Shown here: positions 8,641 to 15,849 of the stretch, in pieces
Layout of the letters: the number at the start of each line of letters is the position of its first letter
Numbering within the stretch: the first letter of the stretch is position 1
IMG/VR virus record: IMGVR_UViG_3300034200_001961
Source of the DNA: an uncultured virus (IMG/VR IMGVR_UViG_3300034200_001961)
Lineage: Duplodnaviria > Heunggongvirae > Uroviricota > Caudoviricetes
DNA: 31,849 nt
Direction: 5' to 3' (one strand)
Translations under genes and position numbers: made by a program
Notes under the pieces: model-generated
Database searches by the model: none
What the model saw: only the letters and a program-made list of their open reading frames with translations
What the model was told of the DNA's origin: nothing

Positions 8641-9825
8641 ATGCAGCACTACGGAGAACCAGACCCTACCAACCCTGGCTCTGTCGGAGGCGTAGACATT
8701 GCCGCAGCCGAAGCCGCCCTGGAGGCTGAGGCGGAGGGGCCCATACAACCGCCTGGACGATCGGGCCTTACGTGGGAAGCCGCCATCAATGGCCTGCGTG
8801 ATGTACTGGCAGACCAGACAGAAAGGGCCGTTCAAGCACCTTGGCAACGCTCTCGGATCCTGACGGCCATGGGCTTGATGGTGGCAAATTCCGCCACCCC
8901 GCCAGCTCCGGTGCCAGAGACGCCTTCAAATGATGCTTGGTGGCGCGAACTCATCAGCGAGATCGCCAGGGTTCAGCATGTTGCAGCAAGCGAAGGCCAG
9001 GGCGGATCGTTTGACCTGGCCAAAGCTGTTGAATTGTGGTGCCGCCCCGCCACCCCGCCAGCGCCGGAACTGCTGGAAGCCAATTTTCGCGCTTGGCACA
9101 AAGAAGCACGGGGCTCTTTGTATTACGGGGCCATGCCTCTTTGTGACGCAATTGAGTGGGCGCAGCACCTGCTCCAACAAGTCACCCTGCAAGCGCTTGT
9201 TCCGCCGGCAGCACCGGCGCCGCCGATCACAGAGCCTTCAGCGCTACCTGAATTGGTCCGATACGGCTTTATTGGCGACGGCCCCAACCGGCCCCTGCTG
9301 GTTTGGCTGGTAGATGGCTATTGGACTCCATGGCACATCGCTGCCACCCTGCTTCAGCAACAGCAAGCCGAGCTGGCCGCCCTGCGGGCTGCGCCGGTGG
9401 TGGTTTCCGAAGAACTGCGCCAGATCGGCGACCGCCTGCGAAATCAGGACAACCGCTGCACCGCGAATCCGATCTTCCTGGTTCGCGGGAAAGAGCGGAT
9501 TTACGGCCTTGATTCAAGCGCCTCCGACGAGGCCGTGTGGATGAATGATGAGTGGAACCCCGTTGACATTCCCGAGGACGCCGACCCTGACCAGCCGCCC
9601 CACGGCTTAACGGTGGTCCGGTATACCGCTAGATGGAAAGTCCTAATGGTGGCATTCACGGAACAGGGATGCAAGGACCACCTGCGCCTTAATGGGCACA
9701 ATTATCGAATATACGATGAGGTTGGTATCTACGTTGATTCTCTCAATCGCTGCCCTGAGATGATCGCCATCAGGGAGTTTCTTTTAGGGCTGCCAGCGCC
9801 CCAGGCTGGGGAGACCCAGCCATGA
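8641..9825 (+). CDS. Mosaic phage protein with Ead/Ea22-like C-terminal domain
   Basis: Modules are separated by ATPPAP linkers and include DGYWTPWH. The C-terminal IGDRLRNQDNRCTANPIF...FTEQGCKDHLRLNGHN...EMIAIREFL resembles lambdoid Ead/Ea22-like proteins. Start at 8611 or 8641. Confidence 0.75.
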   Translation: MQHYGEPDPTNPGSVGGVDIAAAEAALEAEAEGPIQPPGRSGLTWEAAINGLRDVLADQTERAVQAPWQRSRILTAMGLMVANSATPPAPVPETPSNDAWWRELISEIARVQHVAASEGQGGSFDLAKAVELWCRPATPPAPELLEANFRAWHKEARGSLYYGAMPLCDAIEWAQHLLQQVTLQALVPPAAPAPPITEPSALPELVRYGFIGDGPNRPLLVWLVDGYWTPWHIAATLLQQQQAELAALRAAPVVVSEELRQIGDRLRNQDNRCTANPIFLVRGKERIYGLDSSASDEAVWMNDEWNPVDIPEDADPDQPPHGLTVVRYTARWKVLMVAFTEQGCKDHLRLNGHNYRIYDEVGIYVDSLNRCPEMIAIREFLLGLPAPQAGETQP

Positions 9826-10202
9826 GCATCCCAACCGTCAACTATCAAACCTCCCGCGATGATCTCATCGCCCGCATGGCTGATGAGCTGGATCGCCTTC
9901 AGCCGCTGCCTGCATTCCCGCCTGTCACGTCTCATCCGCTTGCTGCCGAAGCGCGCGCTTTGCTTCAGCTTGGCTTGTCGCTAGTGGTTGCTCCAGTTCC
10001 GGTAAGTGAGCGGCCATGGGAGCGGGAAGGTTGGTGTCATCCCGAAACTGGAATGTGCTTGATTGAGCAATGGTGCGCCGATGACATTTACTCGATAACA
10101 TGGAAACTTCAGCCTCCGATTAGCGAGCAGGAGATAGAAAAGGCAGACATTGCACGATCAAGGCTGTTTACCCTGAAGGGCGGGTCGATAACTTTTTGCT
10201 GA
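9822..10202 (+). CDS. Hypothetical mosaic protein, possibly frameshifted near the 3' end
   Basis: ATGA overlap. Contains an APVPVSERPWEREGWC module. Confidence 0.7.
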   Translation: MSIPTVNYQTSRDDLIARMADELDRLQPLPAFPPVTSHPLAAEARALLQLGLSLVVAPVPVSERPWEREGWCHPETGMCLIEQWCADDIYSITWKLQPPISEQEIEKADIARSRLFTLKGGSITFC

Positions 10203-10257
10203 TGTTCGGCAGATCGCTTCCTTTTGACAGCACTTTTTTGGCAGTACCTATTCAGCC

Positions 10258-10347
10258 ATGACTGCCATTGCCCTCTTTTTTATCTGCTTCACGGGCATTC
10301 CTTTTTGTCGATTCTTCGAAGTCCCAACGCCATTGCACCATGCCTGA
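10258..10347 (+). CDS. Possible 29-aa hydrophobic peptide
   Basis: MTAIALFFICFTGIPFCRFFEVPTPLHHA. It starts at a CAGCCATGA junction and its end overlaps the ATG at 10340. Confidence 0.35.
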   Translation: MTAIALFFICFTGIPFCRFFEVPTPLHHA

Positions 10348-10897
10348 CAGTAATCATGCTCCCCTCAAAACTGCCACCGAAAAACCAGCCATGGAACAGT
10401 ACGTCAAGCCCCGACGCATTTATCTTGCATCTTCGTGGCGGAATCCTACTCAGCCCGCAGTATTGGCCGCTTTGCGTGATGCTGGGCATGAAGTGTATGA
10501 CTTCCGTAATCCTGCTCCAGGCCATGAGGGCTTTTCCTGGAGCGACTGCGGCGGCATGGCTGCATCTTACGGGTCAGGCAGGGGAGCTAGAACGATTCCG
10601 TCCTATCTGGAGGCGATTCGTTCGGCACGCGCAACCGAAGGCTTTGCATTTGACAAAGAAGCGCTGGACCGGTGCGACACTTGCGTTCTGGCGTTGCCAT
10701 GTGGCCGTAGCGCTCACCTTGAGCTGGGTTACGCAACTGGTCAAGGCAAAGACACCTACGTGCTATTGCACGAGGAGGAATTTGAACCTGAGTTAATGTA
10801 CCTGCTTAATACAGGTATTTGCGCCAGCACTCAAGAACTTATCGAAGTTCTTGACCCTCAACGCTGCTACGGACGGCCAGCGCCCCAGGCTCAATAG
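10340..10897 (+). CDS. Nucleoside 2-deoxyribosyltransferase / nucleotide N-glycosidase-like protein
   Basis: IYLASSWRN, GHEVYDF, DKEALDRCD and CGRSAHLELGYA match the NDT superfamily Tyr/Asp/Glu pattern. Start at 10340 or 10391. Confidence 0.8.
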   Translation: MPDSNHAPLKTATEKPAMEQYVKPRRIYLASSWRNPTQPAVLAALRDAGHEVYDFRNPAPGHEGFSWSDCGGMAASYGSGRGARTIPSYLEAIRSARATEGFAFDKEALDRCDTCVLALPCGRSAHLELGYATGQGKDTYVLLHEEEFEPELMYLLNTGICASTQELIEVLDPQRCYGRPAPQAQ

Positions 10898-10946
10898 AGG
10901 GAGTCCTACCAATCAGGACCGCCACCACCTTCCTTGTTCTTTAACC

Positions 10947-11507
10947 TTGGCTGACACCTTCCGCTCCATCCGCTATCCCAAAATTCCCAAAAACTGGGAT
11001 CAACGTTTCCTGTACCTGGCTGCCACCGTCGCCGCCTGGTCCAAGGACCCCTCGACCAAAGTCGGCGCCGTAGCCGTGCGCCAGCGGCGGGTACTGGCCA
11101 CCGGCTACAACGGCCTGCCTACCGGCATGATCGACAGTGTGGAGCGCTTGCTCAACCGAGACGTTCGTCTCGCTTTAACAATTCACGCTGAGCTGAACTT
11201 GGTCACCTTTGCGGCCCGTCACGGTATCTGCCTTGATGGATCTACCGTTTACACTTACCCTTTACTGCCTTGCAGTAATTGCGCTACCGCTTTGATTCAG
11301 TCCGGTATAACCAAAGTAGTTGCCCCGGACTTCGTCATGCCGATGCGCTGGCAGGAATCCATCACCCAGGCCAAGCAAGCCTTCCTAGAGGCCGGCGTTG
11401 GCGTCGAGTTGCTGGCCATTGAAGGCCCTCTGCATGTAGCTGCTGCGTCAAATCCAGATCGCGATGACCACGAGGAAACTGAAGACGCGCACTTGCGGCT
11501 GGTGTAA
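10947..11507 (+). CDS. dCMP deaminase
   Basis: SKDPSTKVGAV, TGYNG, HAE and PCSNC zinc motifs. The TTG start at 10947 is inferred. Confidence 0.92.
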   Translation: MADTFRSIRYPKIPKNWDQRFLYLAATVAAWSKDPSTKVGAVAVRQRRVLATGYNGLPTGMIDSVERLLNRDVRLALTIHAELNLVTFAARHGICLDGSTVYTYPLLPCSNCATALIQSGITKVVAPDFVMPMRWQESITQAKQAFLEAGVGVELLAIEGPLHVAAASNPDRDDHEETEDAHLRLV

Positions 11508-11523
11508 TCCCACGCCAGTGCTT

Positions 11524-11799
11524 ATGCTGCACCCACTTGCTCAGCAGACCTTGCACAACTGTCCTCCGGGATCCCGCGTCAAGAACTCCCTTGACGGCCG
11601 TCTGGGCATGGTCTACAGCTCGCCGGAGCGAGCGCGAGCGTCTCTTGCCTTGGTTCCAGTCATGGTAGAGGGCTCCACCCGCCGCGAGCTTTGGGCCACC
11701 CACACCACCAGACCGCTCCCTCGGACTGAGCAATTTGTCGCCTTGGGTGGCACGAAGAGCGCGCCTGCCGGCTACCCTCTGACGCCTTTGGACGGCTGA
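11524..11799 (+). CDS. Hypothetical protein
   Basis: ATG at 11524. TGATG overlap with the next gene. Confidence 0.65.
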   Translation: MLHPLAQQTLHNCPPGSRVKNSLDGRLGMVYSSPERARASLALVPVMVEGSTRRELWATHTTRPLPRTEQFVALGGTKSAPAGYPLTPLDG

Positions 11800-12416
11800 T
11801 GGCCCGCCGGCGCAGCGGCTGGTACCTGGGCGAAGGCTTTCACGCCGAAGTGGCAATGGGCAAGCCCTGCCTGTTCGCTCGCCACAACCACGGTGCTCGG
11901 GACTACCGCAGCCAGCGCTACACGGACACCCAGGCCTGCGTTCAGTGCGTTGCAGAGCTGGTTCGGCCAACTTTGAACCTGGATGTCAATGCGGTTCTGC
12001 GCTCCTACCAGTTGCACTATCTGGAGTTCTGGGCCCTGGTTGACGTGCGCGGGGCGGATGATTGCTGGGAGCACCAGAACCGAGTTCTGGATTACGGCCG
12101 CAGCAGCTGGTCTCTAAGCGTGCGTCGCCCCACCTGGCTTACTGGCGGGCAGACACGCATTGCTCCCTACCGGGTCGCTTCCTGGTTTTCCTGGGGGGAC
12201 ACGGGCGCACTAGAGGTCAAGCCGGTCTGCGGCAACCGCGCTTGTTGCAATCCTTTGCATCTGCGAGTGGTGCACGTTCCCCACTTTCACCGGGCGGCCA
12301 CGATCGATCGAGTCGATCTATGCCTTCAAGTTGAGCAGCACCAGAGCTACACCAGCAAGCTGTTGCAACGGAGCACAGGGCGAGTTCCCGTAGAATCCAG
12401 CTCTGCCTCTCGGTGA
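11799..12416 (+). CDS. HNH/His-Cys-box endonuclease-like protein, probably inactive
   Basis: N-terminal GKPC..H...RY....CVQC zinc module, then FWALVD...DDCWE and VKPVCGNRACCNPLHL. Confidence 0.75.
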   Translation: MARRRSGWYLGEGFHAEVAMGKPCLFARHNHGARDYRSQRYTDTQACVQCVAELVRPTLNLDVNAVLRSYQLHYLEFWALVDVRGADDCWEHQNRVLDYGRSSWSLSVRRPTWLTGGQTRIAPYRVASWFSWGDTGALEVKPVCGNRACCNPLHLRVVHVPHFHRAATIDRVDLCLQVEQHQSYTSKLLQRSTGRVPVESSSASR

Positions 12417-12418
12417 CC

Positions 12419-13057
12419 ATGGGCTGGACCTCCGACGATTACGAAAGAAGCATCGGACTGAAGGGCGGGCAGGAGCTCCGCAATCCAGGATCGGACAACG
12501 CTCGGTTTCGGGCCGACCTTCAGAACTCCCAATATCAGGCGACCGCTAGGCAGCTTGGAATCAAGAACCTGGACAGTGCGAATGACCTGGCCAAGGTCAT
12601 CAGCCATCTCAACAGCCAGAAGCAGTCCGCATCTCCTGTGACCCCCAGTGGCGCCGGCGGCTCTCCTGCGGCCCAGGCCACTACCGCCACCAAGGACCGG
12701 GCTGAGGCTTCTTATCGCGAGTCTCTTCCTGCCACCACTCCAAAACAGGACCCCTGGGTTCCCCTCAAGTTTGGAGGCGGCGCCGGGGACGAAGCCCACA
12801 ACTCTCAGGCCCGCTCCAACAACGCCAACCTGGCCACCCAGGGGATGCTGGACGCGGCCCGCGCCACCCAGGAGAGCACTGCCAAGTCGGCCGATCGCTT
12901 CGACGCGATGACCTTCAACTCCTCCCAATGGATGGCGGATATTGACAGCCGCAACATGAGCGCCCTGTCCCCGAACCTCGCCCTGCCGAAGAATCCGACT
13001 GAAGCCCTGCAGGGGTTCTATGGCGACATTTCCAACAGGATGAAGAGCTACCTGTAG
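12419..13057 (+). CDS. Hypothetical protein, possibly virion-associated
   Basis: Long ORF rich in Ala/Ser/Asn/Gln. TAGAAT lies upstream at 12391. Confidence 0.7.
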   Translation: MGWTSDDYERSIGLKGGQELRNPGSDNARFRADLQNSQYQATARQLGIKNLDSANDLAKVISHLNSQKQSASPVTPSGAGGSPAAQATTATKDRAEASYRESLPATTPKQDPWVPLKFGGGAGDEAHNSQARSNNANLATQGMLDAARATQESTAKSADRFDAMTFNSSQWMADIDSRNMSALSPNLALPKNPTEALQGFYGDISNRMKSYL

Positions 13058-13063
13058 GCGGTC

Positions 13064-13092
13064 TTGCCTGGCTCAAAGTGTGTCTGTATAGT
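13064..13092 (+). promoter_or_regulatory. Sigma70-type promoter of the thyX operon
   Basis: TTGCCT (13064)-N17-TATAGT (13087). Confidence 0.7.
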
Positions 13093-13113
13093 GCAGCGAG
13101 TCGCAACCTCTTC

Positions 13114-13863
13114 TTGTCTGATCTCCAAGCGCCTGATCCTCTCTTTCGGGCGATCACTCTCGACCGCTGCTCTAAACCTCAGATCCTGTCCTGGCAAGCG
13201 ATGCACCAGGACTACAGCGAAGAAGCCGTTGCCGATGAGCCGGTCCCGGGCAGCGAGCAGGAGGCTGGCGAAATTCTTGTCAAGCACTTGCTCAAGGGCG
13301 AGAAGGGTCACTACGGCCCCCTTGAGCACCCGTCGATCACCTTCAATGTCATCGGCTTCCCTCACGACCTGATGCAGCAGGCCCGCACTCATCGGGTCGG
13401 GGTTTCGTTCGATGTGCAATCCGGAAGGTACACATCTCAGAGAATTGTTGACGTGGTCACAGGCAAGCGTCCACTGGAGGAGGTGTTCTATCTGCGCCCG
13501 GTCGGGACCTATTGTGATCGCTCCGGGAAGAGGTACGTCTACGGAGACTTGCAACGAGATCGTGATTTCCAGCAATGCCTAGAGCTGGCAAGCGCTTTTG
13601 CCGTCAAGGTTGACCAGGAGGGTCTCGGCATGGCTGAAGAACACGCCCGGGGCCTGATTCCCTATTGCATCCGCCAGCACTTTGTTGTGTCCTTCAACGC
13701 CCGCTCCCTGATGCACTTCATGGATCTGCGGGCCAAGGCCGACGCCCAGCTGGAGATCCGCCAGCTGTCCGCGATGCTCTTTGCTGAGTTCAAGGATTGG
13801 GTTCCCCAGATCGCTGAGTATTACGAAACCAAACGCCTGGGCAGAGCCCTGCTGGCCCCGTGA
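13114..13863 (+). CDS. thyX: FAD-dependent thymidylate synthase
   Basis: GHYGPLEH, QQARTHRVGVSFDVQSGRY, NARSLMHFMDLR and AQLEIR. Cyanobacterial-type AMHQDY. The TTG start at 13114 is inferred from the promoter position. Confidence 0.95.
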   Translation: MSDLQAPDPLFRAITLDRCSKPQILSWQAMHQDYSEEAVADEPVPGSEQEAGEILVKHLLKGEKGHYGPLEHPSITFNVIGFPHDLMQQARTHRVGVSFDVQSGRYTSQRIVDVVTGKRPLEEVFYLRPVGTYCDRSGKRYVYGDLQRDRDFQQCLELASAFAVKVDQEGLGMAEEHARGLIPYCIRQHFVVSFNARSLMHFMDLRAKADAQLEIRQLSAMLFAEFKDWVPQIAEYYETKRLGRALLAP

Positions 13864-14021
13864 TCGACCACAGCTGGATGGAGAACGTGCTTTGTTGTAG
13901 CGACGCCCGGATCAATGCCGCTTACGCCGATGAAGATGGCGAGCGAGCCGAGCGGGAGATGGATGCGGCTTGGTTGCTTGATCCAGTTCGATTTGTTTCC
14001 ACTTCCTTTGACTGCCCCTGA
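13860..14021 (+). CDS. Small acidic hypothetical protein (53 aa; not in the ORF track)
   Basis: GTGA overlap with the thyX stop. Sequence MIDHSWMENVLCCSDARINAAYADEDGERAEREMDAAWLLDPVRFVSTSFDCP. It stops 2 nt before the next ATG. Confidence 0.6.
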   Translation: MIDHSWMENVLCCSDARINAAYADEDGERAEREMDAAWLLDPVRFVSTSFDCP

Positions 14022-14023
14022 TC

Positions 14024-14458
14024 ATGCCCCGCCTCAATCAAGAGCAGGTTCTTCACCAGTTCTTCCCCGACATTTACACCTCTTCAAACCCCGAGGTGAT
14101 GCGCCGTATCGGCACCATGGCCTGCCGGCTGGTGCTGCTCGACATGCTGGGCTCTTACGAAAACGCCCGGGCCGAGCGCGGGCCCGGCGCCTTGGTGATT
14201 CGCATGGTCGAGGGCAAGCGCGACGCTGTCTATCTCTCGGTTGACGACTTTGACTCCGACCTGTCCATTGCCACTCAGGACGGCGATGTAGGCGCTTGCT
14301 CTTTTTTCTCAAGCATTCTCAGCGAGATTGCCAGCCTCAATCACGACACCCACGCCCTGTTTGTGATGGTCGAGAGCCAGGGCGCTTCCTGTGTGGCCGT
14401 GCCTTTCGAGGCGCCTGAGCGAGCGATCGCTGAGATGCTCAAGGAGGCTGCCCCTTGA
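14024..14458 (+). CDS. Hypothetical phage protein
   Basis: 144 aa with globular composition, tightly packed in the operon. Confidence 0.8.
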   Translation: MPRLNQEQVLHQFFPDIYTSSNPEVMRRIGTMACRLVLLDMLGSYENARAERGPGALVIRMVEGKRDAVYLSVDDFDSDLSIATQDGDVGACSFFSSILSEIASLNHDTHALFVMVESQGASCVAVPFEAPERAIAEMLKEAAP

Positions 14459-15108
14459 GCCGGCCCAGCCGCGGCCGGATCCCGGAGCACAGCGAGTACA
14501 TCGCCAGCGCTCCGCCCGAGGATTTCGTCACTGCCAGCCGGGCGGCCATGGGCGGGATCGATCTGGACCCCTATTCCACCAAGCTGAACAACGGCTTGAT
14601 CGGTGCCCGCACCATCTACAACACCAAGGAGCAGTCTCTCGATGAGATCCTGCAGCGTGAGTGGGGCCCGGTGGGCCAGGGCCGCACCATGGTTTTCTGC
14701 CCCAGTGGCATGGACCCCAATCGCCGAATGCTCCACAAGCTGCTGGAGGAGTACCGCGCTGGGCGAGTCAAGCAGGCCACCATCCTGCTGACCAACAGCG
14801 AGAGCGCCACCAAGTGCCCTTGGATCTGGGACTTCCCTGTTTGCCTCCCCTTCCGCCGGCCGCGGGTGCGCTGGTGGAACAGCGAGCTGGGGCGCTTCGA
14901 TACCTACACCCCGCCCCACTGGGGCTTTGTAGCCTTCTTCCCGCCCGCCGAAAGTTCAGCGTTTCTTGAGGGCCTCAACAGCTTCCATGCCGCCTTCTCT
15001 CCGATCGGGCGGATCGTCTTCAACGAACTCAGCGGCGACCAGACCTGGCAGACTCACTACCGCCAGTTGTACCGGAAGGGCTATTCCTTCCGCCCCCACG
15101 AGAAGTGA
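14455..15108 (+). CDS. Phage Dam-type N6-adenine methyltransferase homologue lacking NPPY
   Basis: AMGGIDLDPYS, KLLEEYRAGRVKQATILL, WDFPVCLP and FHAAFSPIGRIV. The motif IV position reads MVFCPSG. Confidence 0.75.
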   Translation: MSRPSRGRIPEHSEYIASAPPEDFVTASRAAMGGIDLDPYSTKLNNGLIGARTIYNTKEQSLDEILQREWGPVGQGRTMVFCPSGMDPNRRMLHKLLEEYRAGRVKQATILLTNSESATKCPWIWDFPVCLPFRRPRVRWWNSELGRFDTYTPPHWGFVAFFPPAESSAFLEGLNSFHAAFSPIGRIVFNELSGDQTWQTHYRQLYRKGYSFRPHEK

Positions 15109-15533
15109 GCCTGCTCCTGCACAGTTTCCGCTTTTCGACCGGCCGCCACTGCCCTCTGGATCGCGCCATCGTCTTCAATAGCAGCCTCACCTGGCGGCAG
15201 GCACTGCCCAAGGCTCTTCACCATCACCCTTCCCTCGTCCTACGCCGGGAGCAGGTGGAGGGCATTGCCAGGCTGGCCCGGGCCTTGAAGAACCTGGAGC
15301 CGACCAGGCCGCGCAACAGGCACTGGGGTCCGGCCTGGTGGCACGTTTTTCAGTGGTGGGATCCGGCTTTCAAGGACTGGAGCAGCGGCCGGCGCGCCTT
15401 GATTGCCCCCCGCTGCCATACCCCGCAGGAAGCGATACAGCTGCTCGAAGCGTCGCCATTGCGAGCCGTCCTTCGGGGCGGGGCGATTGAGGTGTTGATC
15501 CCGCGCCGCCCTAGCCGCCAAAGCGATTCTTGA
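15105..15533 (+). CDS. Hypothetical protein
   Basis: GTGA overlap with the upstream gene. Trp-rich, 142 aa. Confidence 0.6.
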   Translation: MSLLLHSFRFSTGRHCPLDRAIVFNSSLTWRQALPKALHHHPSLVLRREQVEGIARLARALKNLEPTRPRNRHWGPAWWHVFQWWDPAFKDWSSGRRALIAPRCHTPQEAIQLLEASPLRAVLRGGAIEVLIPRRPSRQSDS

Positions 15534-15795
15534 CTTCTTGGCGGCTGCCTTCAAACACTGCGTTCCCTTCTCGGCGCTCCGCCCCGCGCAGGGCTGAAGT
15601 GATGCCCCGCCTTCGGGCCGCTTCTACCGGATCGGGCTGGCCCGTGCTGCCGCCCATCACCGCCGCTCGCCGGTTGTCACGGGCGGCTCGCTGCAGGTAA
15701 GCCCCAATCAGTCGCTGGCTGCCAGCGCCTCGATCAACGGCATCGCGAGTCTCACGGTAACGGCGATCCATGGCATTGAAATTTGCAATTCGCAA
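15511..15795 (-). CDS. Small basic hypothetical protein
   Basis: Fills the gap divergent from nrdJ. The start is uncertain. Confidence 0.5.
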   Translation of the reverse strand: MRIANFNAMDRRYRETRDAVDRGAGSQRLIGAYLQRAARDNRRAAVMGGSTGQPDPVEAARRRGITSALRGAERREGNAVFEGSRQEVKNRFGG

Positions 15796-15849
15796 GGGCG
15801 CGGAACGCCCGCTGTGGCTCTAGGTTACCCAAGCTGCACTCGCCACTTT

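Noticed and set aside
10224..10796. 190-aa ORF overlapping the NDT-like gene
   Set aside because: It is an alternative frame with no motifs, while the NDT frame has clear family signatures.
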